A stretch of 64,000 bases of DNA. Source: Malacoraja senta. Its lineage: Eukaryota. Shown one piece after another: positions 25,877 to 38,789 of this stretch. Positions within the stretch are counted from its first letter, which is position 1, and every line of letters begins with the position of its first letter. Position numbers and translations under genes: made by a program. The notes below the pieces were generated by a model. That model did not search any database. It had not been told where the DNA came from and saw nothing but the letters and a program-made list of their open reading frames with translations. The stretch is from positions 19,282,001-19,346,000 of the forward strand of contig CM075978.1 in assembly GCA_038087875.1 (NCBI GenBank), in the 5' to 3' direction.

Positions 25877-26693
25877 GTGGTGTGGCGGCGCCTAACAGCA
25901 GTGGCTCGACTGCAGTCCATCTTTTTTTTATTTTTGTCTTGTTAAATGTATGTTATGGTTCTAGTTTTATTTTATTTTGTTTAGCTGTGTATATGTGGTG
26001 GGGGGTGGGGGAAACCGTTTAATCTCTTCCCTGTTCGGAGACCCGACTTTTTCCCTGTCGGGTCTCCGATGTCGTTGGGCCTAACATCGTGGAGCCGGCG
26101 GCGGCCTCCGGCCGGAACCAACCTGAGGGCTCCAGTCGCGGAGCCTGCGGACCTGCCATCGCGGAGCTGGCTGACTTCGGAGCGGGAGGAGCTGTGGTGA
26201 TGCGCGGCTGCAACCTGGCTTGGGAGCTTCTGAGGCTCCGGCCGCCGGCCCTGTGGATGGTAACATCGGAAGCTTGCATGTCCCTGGTGGGAGACCGCTT
26301 TTCAGAGCTCCCGCAGCGGCAACTTCTCCCGCCGGAATCGCGGGGTGAAATGACTTGGAGGGGGCCTAACAGCGCCCGGAGCAGCTTAACGGCCGCGGGA
26401 CTTACCATCGCCCGCCAGGGGCTTTAACATCGGGAGCCCCAGTTTGCCTCGACGTTGCAGTTTGACTGCTGGACTGCGGGAGAAGAACAAGGGAAGAGAT
26501 AAGACTTTTGCCTTCCATCACAGTGGGGAGGTGTTGGAGATTCACTGTGATGGATGTTTGTGTAAAGTGTGTTAAGTGTGGGTCTATTTTGGTTGTAATT
26601 GTTAAGACTAGAAAATGCAATTTTGTTCAATCCAAGCTGTTTGAATGACAATAAAAGGCATTCTATTCTATTCTTTTCATTCTATTCTATTCT
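25877..26693 (+). mobile_element. Structured GC-rich retroposon, copy 4
   Basis: Perfect 13-bp stem 26035-26069, perfect 12-bp stem 26514-26554, tail GAATGACAATAAAAGGC plus (ATTCT)n. Confidence 0.75.
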
Positions 26694-26883
26694 AAGATAT
26701 TCATAGAATGGTCAAATGGGTAAAGAAGTTCCAAAAGGAGTTCCATATAAAGAAGTGTGAGGAAATTGGGAGTAGAAAGAATGCTGGAATATAAGTAAAG
26801 GTAGCAATATATTGCGATGCTTCCAAGAAGTAGAAAAACAGGTCAAGAAGGTACACTGGATGCTTGCCCTTATTGAAATAAGA

Positions 26884-27015
26884 GTTTAGTTTATTTTATT
26901 GTCGCGTGTACTGAGGCACGGTGAAAAGCTGTTTTGTTACGTACTATGCAGTCAGTGAAATGACTATACATAATTACAACTAAGCTAGCCCCAGTGTACA
27001 GATACAGGATAAAGG
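26884..27015 (-). mobile_element. Rex1-like LINE 3' tail
   Basis: Minus strand GCTTTTCACCGTGCCTCAGTACACGCGACAATAAA followed by short repeats. Confidence 0.55.
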
Positions 27016-28364
27016 GAATAAGTAAAGATTTAAAAGAATGGAGCGATTTTGAATTGAATGATTGCAGATCCACTTCTGGGACCAGCATGTAAAAAGTCGA
27101 CTGGCTTCAGTTCCATCTTGGAGAAGTGAAGTTATGCTGGAATTTTATTAAAATAGTTGGGCTGAGCTCTCCAATGGTTCGTGTAATTTGAATTATTGCA
27201 ATTTGTTTGCCATGTAAGGATGCACCTTTATTGACAAAACTGCAACAAGGCAAAGCATCTTTTGAAATGATTAATTGAAGTTCAAATACTTTTCTAAAGT
27301 AATATGTTAATGGAGGATGAATAATCTGAAAGCCACAAAGTGCATTGAAACTCTAATGGCCCATTTCTAAAGTCAATGGCTTAACTATACCACATTTTTC
27401 ATAAATATTCCGATGACCATTGTAAAGTTATCAATCACAAGGTCATTTAACATTTTCTTTGGTATACTTTCAATTTTTTTTAATTGAGTTTGCACGCAGA
27501 AATAAAGATGAGTATGGTTGAAAGCATGCTGATGGTAGAAAATATTGTAATGATGGATGTTTTTTACATTAGTTAATGATGAAGAATGATTATAGGCTGA
27601 ATCCATGGAGAATGAACATTTTGAAGATTGTACAGGCTGAAGATATTAAATCAGAAAACATCCATCATTTTCAAACAGTGCATTAGAAGCACTGTGTGAA
27701 TTTGCATACCTATTCGTGGATAGTTTAAACATGCTAACTGATTAAAAACATTTTACTTATAAGCTCAATAAATTTATAAATCTTTGAGGCATATTTTGTT
27801 TTACTTTCACAACTGAAAATACAGGTGCATTTCCTTCTGTTTATTAATCGTTAATATTTTCTGACTATTTTCAGTATTATTTATTCTCTATTATCTGTTA
27901 AATTAGTCACCTGGTGTGTAGTTCACTGCAATTTATCTCATGTTAATTAAAAAGCCTTCCTCCTTGTATTTGAATTGCATTGGTGTCTTTCTTTCTAATT
28001 AAGGGCTATAGATGAGCATGAGCTCCAACAATACTTTATTTATTGTACGGTAGCCTTCACAGGCACCACATCTATACATTTGTTAAAGGATGAACCATGC
28101 TGGGAACTAACATGATTCCCTAGGGAACAGGGTATGCAAAGCTTGAATAGTTCACATAATAAAACAAAGGATGATGACTTATTTGACCAGTATTGAATAT
28201 TAAATCTCCTGTTTCAAGAGGAACCTGATTACTCCTGGCCTGATGTTAACATCGTCTATACTTTACTTGACCTTTTCTATTTCTGTGATTATATACCCAC
28301 ACTGACCTTCCTATGCTGGGTTCCTCTATTGCTAGAATAATGCACATGCCATCTGGGGGAATAT

Positions 28365-30780
28365 GGAGCATAGAACAATACAGCACAAGAACAGGCCATT
28401 TGGCACAGAATGACTGTGCCAAACATGACATTAAAACCAACTCTTATCTGCCTGCACATAATCCATATCCTACCATTCCCTGCATGCACCGATCCAAAAG
28501 TTTCTTAATTGCCTCAACCACTATTCTCGGCAAAACTTTCCAGGCACTCGCCACATCTATCTTCTTCTATCTATCTATATCTATCTATATTATATTAAAA
28601 CTCTCTGGCTGCCATCCGCCTGACTTCTGGCTGCCATCCGCCTGACTTGTGTCACAAATCCCCTTTGATACCGCCCTAGGCCCACACAGCACGCGAAAAC
28701 GCCGATATTTTTTACCATTTCTAAAGAGATTACATTTATCTTTACGAATAGACACTCCTGATTAAATTTGGTCGTGTTTGTGTACACTTTCTAAAATTAA
28801 ATCCATCACACCCCCCTCCCCCACTCACTCATTTTGTCTCCTCCTGCTGGTCAGCCACCATAACGGCTGCTGTCGACCGCCTCTGCTCCGAAAACGACGC
28901 CATCTTTTTTTCGCTAGCGATTTTCACCCCCGTGTATGAATAACGTTCGGACTCTAAAACCTCGGGTTCTGAACCACGTTCAGTGTCCAGGGGTCTGAAG
29001 CACGTTCTGAATTTTCACCCCGGGGTCTGAAACATGTTCTGGGTTTTTTTTCGCTAATGATTTTCACCCCGGGGTCTGAAGCACGTTCGGGATCTCACAC
29101 CCCGGGGGTCTTAAGCACGTTCGGTGTCCAGACCCAACGGGTCTGCACTTGGTCTAGTATAATATTAAAACTCTGTGTGTGTGTGTCTGCTTGACTTGTG
29201 CCAGCCAGCACCTCCGCCAACACCGCATGCAGAAACGCCGAGATTTTTTCCATTTCGGTAGAGATTTCATTTTTCTTTACGATTAGGCACTCCTGATTAC
29301 ATTTCATCCTATTTATGTACACATTTTAAAATAAAATCCATCACCTCCCCCCCCCCCCCCCCCAATCACTCATTTTGTCTCCTCCTGCTGGTCAGCCACC
29401 ATAACGGCTGCTGTCGACTGCCTCTGCTCCGAAAACGACGCCATCTTTTTTTCGCTAGCGATTTTCACCCCGGTGTATCAATCACATTCGGACTCTAAAA
29501 CCCCGGGTTCTGAAGCACGTTCAGTGTCCAGGGGCCTGAAGCACGTTCTGAATTTTCACCCCGGTGTCTGAAGCACGTTCGGGATCTCACACCCCGGGGT
29601 CTTAAGCACGTTCGGTGTCCAGAACCAACGGGTCTGCTCTTGGTCTAGTCTCCTTTAAACTTTTCTCCTCACCTTGAAGCAATGCCCTCTAATATTTGAT
29701 TATTTTTTCATCCTGGGAAAATAGGTCTGACGGTCTCCCCTATCTATGCCTCTCATAATTTTATATACTTCTATCATGTCTCCCTGTAATGTCTGATTTT
29801 CTAGAGAACCAAACCCATGTCTGTCCAACCTCTGTAGCTAATACCCCCTCATACAAGCATTATTCCATCATTCCTGATACAGGTAAAACACCTCTGCACC
29901 CTTTCCAAAGCCTCCACATTCTTCCTGTAATGGATTGTTTTCAGATTGTGACCAGAACTGTATGCAATACTCCAAATGCGGTCTAGCCAAAGTCCTATAA
30001 AGCTGCATCGTGACTTCCTTATCAAATGCCTTACTAAAATCCACCAAGACAACTTCCACTGCCCTACCCTCATCAATAACCTTTGGCATCTTCTCAAAAA
30101 TCTCTATCATTTGTAAGACATAATCTGTCACGTACAAAGCCATGCTGACAGTCCCTAATAAACCAATTCTCTTCCAAATGGGAGTAGTTTAGAGATAATT
30201 TGAGATACAACGTGGAAACGGGACATTTGGCCCACCAAATCCACGCTGACCATAGATCACCCATACACTGGTTCTATGTAATCTCACTTTTGCATCCTAC
30301 ATACTAGGGGCAATTTACAGAAGCAAATTAATGGACAAACCTACACATTGGAATGTGGGAGGAAACCAGAGCACCTGGAGAAAACCCACACAGTTGGTCA
30401 CAGGGAGAACATACAAACTCTGTACAAACAGCATCTGTTGTCAGGATCAAACCTGGGTGTCTGGCACTGAGGCAGCATCTCTGCCATTTTGAATCCCACC
30501 CTGAAGAAATAACTTCCCTACCACTAATATGAGGCTCATCAGACTATAATTCCCTGGATTCTCTCTACTTCCCCTTCTTAAATAAAGGAACAACATAAGG
30601 CATGCTCCAGTCCTCTGGGATCTCAGCTGTGGCTCGAGAAGATGCAAAGATTTGCATGAAGACTCCTGCGATTTCCCATCCTGCCCAATAACCTGGGATA
30701 GATGCCATTAGGTCCTGGGGGTTTATCCACCTGAATGCTGTTTAAGAGCCCAGCACCTCCTCCATCTTAACCTCAAACTA
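28365..30780 (-). mobile_element. Decayed CR1 hosting a Helitron dimer and a SINE (30186-30490)
   Basis: LARPHLEYCIQFWS, DFSKAFDK, ENPGNYS..SL..VVGK fragments. Confidence 0.75.
28556..29648 (+). mobile_element. Non-autonomous Helitron head-to-tail dimer (28556-29157, 29158-29648)
   Basis: A|TC 5' end, CTAG|T 3' end, no TSD, 7-bp hairpin CAGACCC-AAC-GGGTCTG (29129-29145) just before CTAG; host reads ccacA/TCTCCTTTAAAC when the element is removed. Confidence 0.88.
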
Positions 30781-31566
30781 CCCTTGCATAATAGTATTTT
30801 TGAACAGCTTCGGAAGTTTACAACCCACCGGTATGAACATTGAATTCTCCAATTTGTGGTAATTAACCAACAACCCCATCTCCCTCTTCTCCCCTTGCTC
30901 CATCTGAATGATTGTCCATGTCTCTCACTATCCCACTTCCTTTTCTCATTTCCCCCCCTGTCTCTTGATTGTTTCCTTTCCAAATATTGCAGGAGAGGTG
31001 ATGGCGATTTGATATCCGAAGCACTTTTACAGATGAGTTTATGGTTTAGTTTATGGCATGCACTTGAGAGTGCCAGTAATGAAGAACTTGTTTGAGACTA
31101 GTCCAAAGACAAATCCTGACAGTTTTAGAATATTAAGAATAGGAATGGAGCACTGTTGGAACTGATGGAAGTGACATCAAGCAGAACAGAAATATTAAAT
31201 GAGCAGAATAATAGTTTACATAAAGTAATGAAGTGCTTTGCGATGACATAATAACCATCCAAGGATTAAGAGATTTGATTTCAGCTGATACTGTGGCAAG
31301 TTGAAGCATTGAAAGAATAGTACAAGATAAAGAGATAAACAAAATGATGAACAAAAAAAGTTTGTTCATCAATAGGGCAACAAAAAGATTGTTTAATTAA
31401 GCTGTTACTGCTTATTAAGCATTTTCAACAGCATAAGCCCATTGGTCAAGGACAACTACGTGTTCGTACTATTAAGCAGCAGAATTAGAAATTAATCAAC
31501 AGAACCTCAAAGGTCAACAAAGCCATGCAAATGTAGCACCTTTCACCACCACAGATTGCTATAAAG

Positions 31567-33554
31567 CAGTGATCCCCAAATCTTTATGCCAAAAGGTTGT
31601 AAATAAAAGAAAATAATTCTCTTGCTAGACTTGCTGAGGAATTGTTCTCTGAAACCCTTTGTTTGATTCATGTTTCCCACTGGCAAATGTGAAATATTTG
31701 CTCACAAATGTATGTGCTTCCAAGCATAATAAAGGAGCTCTACATTTTTTTTAAGACATGACAAATAACCACTGTGGAGGTGCTCATGGAGTGCAAGAAA
31801 ACAACCTTCACTGCTCTTGTCCTTCAAAGTATCATTTGTCTGCAAATCAATCAATTCACCTTGCGGAGATTCTGGTGCAGAACCAACACCAACTGCAAAA
31901 ACAGGGTTTCAAAAAGCTGTACATCAACTTCATGCTGGTGAAAATGTTGGGAACTGTTTTTATGGCAGGATAATCTTTTGCACTGTCACTTCCTCTTGGA
32001 AATTTATTTCCAGATTTTGGCCCTGACGTTAACAAGCCAGAAAATAATCAATTATTTTAGCCCATGGCTAACTGCTTACTAAACAGCTGCAGTTTTATCT
32101 TGAACTCTTATATAGAGCTATATAAATTACCAATTAGCTTTTTGCTGTGTGGTTTGTTGTTGAGGTTAATTATGCGCTGAGATTGGTTAGGAAAGTGAGC
32201 TCCCATAGCTACTGGCTATCAGCACGTTCTTTCACCAGCTTGCATTTTTCAATCAACTGTCGATTTTGGTGCTCGACTCCAAAAATCCATTTGATGCTTG
32301 CCATGACTGAGCTATTGCATGTCACCGCACATGTAGAGCCTATAGTTGTGCAGTGCATCAGATTGTTTTTAAACTTTGCAATCGTCTGACTGTGTGTGTG
32401 CGCATGGTAGTGGATGCAATTTATTATTCACACTATGGCTTTCATGGCCTCAGTAAATCTAGCATCTTTCCACAAAGCAACTGTTGATGGATAATCAAAA
32501 GTAATCGGGTTTTATTGTATCCATTTTACACATTAACATAAATATTTTTCTCTATCGTGTTGCTTGCTTCATCAGTGGTAACAGACTTCAATTTTTTCCA
32601 CTTCAAATCATGATGCTTGGGTGTTTTTTCAGATCCCTGGAATAAAAAACGATTTGCCCCACGGTAGTGTTTTTCATACTTTGAAGTGGTGCCAGTTTCT
32701 TGTTAAGGTGGAACAATTTGTTGATCCTGCAAATGAATTTGAGCAGCCAAACTGTATCAATAATAATAATATCATTACTCTGAACTAAAGCAACAGGAAA
32801 CACTTCAGAATTGTGGGCAAAACCTTGTAATTGTGTCAATTTGTAATCACCCATATCCTCTACTCTCTTCTGGGCATATATTTTCAATTACTTGTAGCAT
32901 ACACAGCTTAATAAATGCTCCCTTTGTAAATGGCTTGTTGCCTGAAGCTCTCAGCTGAGATACTCAGTAGCTGGCTTTAACAGAAGCAAAGTTTTCCTTA
33001 AATTTCCTCTTTGAAGAGTTTTTGCTGGCTGACAAGAATTTTTTTTCAACTGCACAAATCTTTCCTTCCTGAGTTCCATCCTATTCCTTCATATATTCAG
33101 AGAACCTGTCTTGTAATACCTTCTATTAATATATTCCTTGCAAACAACAATTTTTTAAAAATATCAAGCAAATTATTTTTTTGATGTGTGGGACCAAAAT
33201 AGCGCCTTTCATTAAATTTGCAACAATCTTCATCGATCATCCGTAACATTGTCACAAGACAATGCAGTACATAAAAAGGATAATAACTAAAGTATTGAAG
33301 TCTGATGTAAGCATTATGTTTGATAGACCTATTTGCCTTTACCTCAATTGTTGGCACTTTTGTGAGACATCATTGCATTATGGGCTTGTGTTTAGCTGCA
33401 ATGCATTTTCAAGTATGCACTCCTTTTCATGGGCTGTACCTTCATGATTATTAAATTGAACTATGCAATCTTTTTTTTTTAATAGTTGTCGGGGGCCAAT
33501 CAGAAAAATTAACTGAGCTGCCATCAGCAATGGGCCATACTTTGTGGACCTCTA
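31567..33554 (-). mobile_element. Decayed hAT (Charlie/GTF2IRD2-like) DNA transposon
   Basis: TIRs CAGTGATCCCCAAA / TTTGTGGACCTCTA; degenerate 8-bp TSD CTATAAAG vs TTCTACAG; minus-strand remnants KASY.VS..KPFTKGAFIKLCM..ICPE and GSTYICEQIF. Confidence 0.75.
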
Positions 33555-34753
33555 TTCTACAGTATTTCATTCCAAGGAATCACTTTGTGCCAACCAAAGT
33601 CAACTTTCGGAAGTCAGCTCAGAGATGTAACTGTGTAACATGCTTTAGAGAAATAAGTATTTTGATTGAAGTATGAGATGAGCTTGCCTTCTCTTAATTG
33701 GGAAGTGTGGTGGATTACTTGGCAAACAAAATATTTGTAGCCATTAGCAAAGCTATCAATATTGTACTGTGCTATAGATGGAATGAGGTTTGAGTTTGGT
33801 CTTGTCCAAGAATATAAACAGTCAAAACTGATTTACTGAAATTATATAGTTATTTTAAATTATTTAGATTTATAAACTAAATTCAACCTTATCACAGATT
33901 GTAAAGAGGCCGAGAAAATTTTTGAGATATCAAATTTTGAGATATCCAAATTGAGATAATAAATTTGTGGTGAATATTTAATTAGATACCATATTAAAAT
34001 TGTGTTTGCATATTGATTTTACAGTTGTGTACACGTCTGATCCTAAGGAAGTGAATATTGTTATAAACATAGGCGGGGAAAAGAAAAATGAGTAATGAAC
34101 AGAGTAATTTCTTTATGGGTAGGTAATGTGTCGTTGGCCATTTAATTGAATGGTTGTCATGAGTGCCCTGGCTGTGCAATTTTTGTTAGAACTTTCTATG
34201 AAGTAATGGACCTGTCAATAAGATGAATCTTGCTATTGTGCACTTTAAGTTCTTTTGGAATAAGCTTCGTCAATCTAAGCAATTCGCCTGTCAACTTGCA
34301 TTGCATTCTACATATCCACCTATCTCGAATGTTCCTATAACCGTTTCTCCATTTGGGGTTCGTGGACTAACAAGCCATGTTGAAATTTAACTATTGGCAA
34401 CTTTGCTTGAAATAGTATCCTGCAAGATAAAGAGAAAATAATGATTTCAGGAAAAAGATGCAATTAAGATTCAATGGAATATAAAATAGGTATTGTCATA
34501 AATATGCAGCTACTTTCTTCTTGGCATACTAGTTGAACAGACGTGGATCTGTATGCCACTATTTCTCTCGCACAATTGTGCCTGATTAATGTGGTATTGT
34601 ATTTGGTACTACCATAACTTGGAACATTTCTCAGACAGAAATAGTGCCCCGCAGTCAGTCATTATGCCTTTTGGGAGCCTAATTTGAATGAATGGTTCTA
34701 GAATGTTTCAGAAATTCGGATATGACTATTTGCTGCATGAATATTTTATTTAA

Positions 34754-34937
<184 letters not shown>

Positions 34938-35345
34938 GTGAGCAAATTAATTGCTTGTTCTGCTAGTACATTACAGGTGTGTTGGCATGATGATTAAAAT
35001 ATGTCCAACCCATGCATAGTCTTGGATTGATGGTCTGGCTACACAAGTACAAATCTCATCAAAGCAGCTGGAGAGGTTTATATTTGATTAATTATGTAAA
35101 TTTGGAATAGTACTGATGATCATGAAGTAATGAAATGTTTTGTTTAAATAACAACCCAATTCACCAATGGCCTTTTAGGAAGGACATCTTCCATTCCGAC
35201 CTAAATGTCCCTCCAGACCCATGGCTAGAAGGTTGATTTCTAACTGCCCTATGAGATGGTATTACAAGGTGCTCAGATCTGCAATTGGGACTGTTAGCCT
35301 GAAGAAAGATCCTGACTCAATGTTGTTTGCCCAATTCCCTCCACA

Positions 35346-35640
35346 CAAAGGTCACAGTTTAAGGATAAAGGGTGGGCTATTTGGGACTGAGATGACAAAA
35401 AACTTTTTCACCCCAGAGAGTTGTGAATCTGTGGAATTCACTGCCACAGAAGGCAGTGGAGGCCAATTCACTGGATATTTTCAAAAGAGTTGGATTTAGC
35501 TCTTGGGGCTAAATGAATCACGGGATAATGGGAAAAGGCAGGAACAGGGTACTGATTTTAGATCAGCCATGATCATATTGAATGGCGGTGCTGGCTCGAA
35601 GGGCTGAATGGCCTCCTGCACCTATTTTCTATGTTTCTAC
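35346..35640 (+). mobile_element. CR1 3' end inserted in a Penelope-derived repeat
   Basis: GHSLRIKGG.F.TEM.KNFFT plus CR1 3' UTR; Penelope motif at ~35298 resumes at ~35645. Confidence 0.75.
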
Positions 35641-35709
35641 ATAGAGCCTGACCTGCTGTTCTTTCAGCACTTTGTTTTTTTACTCAAGATTCCGCCATTT
35701 GCAGTTTTT

Positions 35710-36410
35710 GGTGGCGGGAAGCGCCACCAGCAGTGGCTGCCTCGCCAACTGTCTGTCTATCCATTCTTCCTTTTTGTTGTTTTTAGTATGTGTTAAAGTT
35801 TGCTTTAGTGTCCCTTGGTTTGTTTGATGTGGGGCGGGGGGGTTGGGGGGAACTTTTTTTCAATCTTATACCTCGACGGAGATGTGATATTTTCCGTATC
35901 GTATCTCTGTCCCCACTGTGGCCTAACATCGTGAAGTTGGCGGCCTTTCCTGGAGACCGGCAGGCACTCCAAGCCACGGGACTCTGCGGGACTTTAACAT
36001 CGCGGAGCTTGCAATCCGTTTGCCGGGGATCGAAGCTCCAACCGCGGGACCTGTGGAATTTAACATTGTGAAACCCGCGGTCTCTGGTAAGAAGAGGCCG
36101 ACTCGAGAGCTCCATGTCGCAGAGAGAGATTCATCCGCCCCGACACGTGAGTTTCGATCACCCCGACGGGGGCTTCGATTGTCGGCTGCGGCGGCTTTGA
36201 TCGCCCCGGCTGCGGATGGTTTGACTGCCCCGACCACGGGAGAACTAAGAGGAAGATTGAACTTTATTGCCTTCCATCACAGTGAGGAATATGGAATGTT
36301 TATGTTAACTCTTATGTGGTTGTGTGTCTTGTTGCTTTTCACTTAGTGTGGCTGTATGGTAACTCAAATTTCACTGTGCCTTAACTGTGACAATAAACTG
36401 ACCTTATCCT
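35710..36410 (+). mobile_element. Structured GC-rich retroposon, copy 5
   Basis: Head GCGCC..GGCTGCCTCGCC, stem 35876-35910, GGCCTAACATCG, TGCCTTCCATCACAGTG, tail ATTTCACTGTGCCT..GTGACAATAAA. Confidence 0.75.
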
Positions 36411-36452
36411 TTGTGTCTCAATGGACAATAGTTCCGTTTTAGTGTGGAGATA

Positions 36453-36835
36453 TTTTTTTAAATTTCAAAATAGACTTTATTCAAGTAATATATACAATGC
36501 AAGAACCGTGCAAAAAATTCATCCAACATTCTCAGAGGCTACACAAACATCGAATACTGTTTACACAAATTACACCAATTTTGTTTTCCCCCACCCTTGC
36601 CACTCATGTGGCCCACTGGCGTGGAATCCCTTCCCTTATTTTGAGGGGTGTCTCCACCACACCCTGCCCCCCATGTCCAGCAGCGGAAGAACCTTAGGCT
36701 GTGGTCCTCCCCCACCGAGCCTTGGCGTTGGTTGCACCAAGCTTCAGTGCGTCCCTCAGCACATACTCCTGCTGTCTGCAACGGGGCCAGTCGGCAACAT
36801 TCCCAGACGGACATCTCGCTCCATTGGTCCAAGAC
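36453..36835 (-). mobile_element. L1/Tx1-like LINE 3' end inserted in a SINE tail
   Basis: Minus strand EMSVWECCRLA..QEYVLRDALKLGATNAKARWGRTTA*, AATAAA and A-rich tail. Confidence 0.6.
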
Positions 36836-38576
36836 AGGGGAGAGAGGGCAACCCTGCATAGCTGGAATCGGGTCCTTCGGACCACCGAGTCCACGCTGAC
36901 CAACGATCAACCCGTACACTAACACTATCCCACACACACTAGGGACAATTTACAAAGCTCGCGAGAAAAGCAAATTATTTAATCTATAATTGATAAATAC
37001 TCAGTTTATCTGGTCTCATCTGACATACAACTAGTCATTTTTGAGAATTACTTGCTCTTAAAATGTTTAATACTTTTGTACCCTCAAAATGATAAATCAT
37101 ATGGGATTAATTAAACAACGAACCAAATAATTTATATTTTATTCCATGCGAGGATGGGCTCTTTGTATAATTAAATTCCTTGATTCTTCCCACTGTTTTA
37201 TTTCATTTTATTGTAAGACTGTAAGTTTTATGTCTTCCTCCACATTTTGATCAGCAAAGGACCTCTGTGTTTTTCCGAGAAAAGCCTACTTCCTGATTCT
37301 CATTGGAAACACCCTCTATTACAAAGAGTTATTTTCTAATTGGTGCATGATATCCTACGTCCCTTGCTGAGGCTTAGTAGATGTGTAATGATGTCAAAAC
37401 GGTTGTCATCTTGCATAATGTTTAAAATTCTACTGTACATACAAGTTTGGAAAAAGATTCAAACAAGTCTTAATTGAAAGCTAGAGGCATACTTTGGCAT
37501 CAGTTAAAGCCGTTAAGTGGAATGCTGCTCAAGTGTCCAAAAGATCTTACCTGTACTTCCTCCTGTTTCTCCCGTTCACTCATTTTTTTTATATCCTATA
37601 ACTGAGGGACCCATTTCACCGGCCACACAACATGAAAGATAGGGCCACCTCAGAGGCCCTTCATCAGGATATTCCAAGAGCAGCCATATGCCAAATTTGG
37701 CTCCTGGACATAGTTTGGGAAGTCCCATTTTGTTTCTTTGGTGAAAACTGGACATTTAGGCCTTCCATTTGTAATTAAGTTTTACAGATGACTTGTGACA
37801 CTGAACATGCTTTCATTTTGTTATACATAGTGGTGTTAATTTAATAGGGTAAACTTGCACCAGGAGTGGCCCAGTTTCATGATGAATAATAAATACACAT
37901 GCACACAAAGTAAACTCATTAATGAACTGAACATTAGATTGTTTGAACATGAATGATTTAAAATTATAGTTACTAATTCCCAGTTCATTAATTGTTCAAA
38001 AGGTTTGCTCTACACACATAATATGCCATTATGAAAGTGTGGAATTATGGAGCAATTGTATTTCCATGTCAAGAGTGTTTCATTTTTCAATGTACTGAAA
38101 CAGAATAATAAAATTCTTACGTAGCAACACAACAGGTTTGTAAACACAGTACTCAAAAGTTAACATAACAAAAAAAAATGAAAAAAGTTCAATAAATAAA
38201 AGAAAAATCCAACATAGTGCAAAACAAAACAAAGCTCAAAGTCCCAAGCACAACCAAGACAGCTCGTAGTTCAAAGTTTAGTTGGAATTTGTAGTGTTCA
38301 AAAGCCTGATGGCTGTTGGGAAGGGATTTGAATAGCCATTTTCTGTGGAGTATTGCAAAATGTAAATACAATACTAGAGTTTAAATAGTAAGATAAACGC
38401 TTTATGTTAATGTCTCACAGTTTTACGCAATTATTTTGAAGTACTTTTGAGTCTAAACTTAATTCTACATTTATGGAAAATGTTAGCCAGTGCTTTTTGA
38501 ACAGCAATGTGAGGTGGGGTTGGGGGGGGGGGGTGTTGAGTTGCTAAAGATCCTTTGTAAAAGATGTAAATATTAA

Positions 38577-38789
<213 letters not shown>

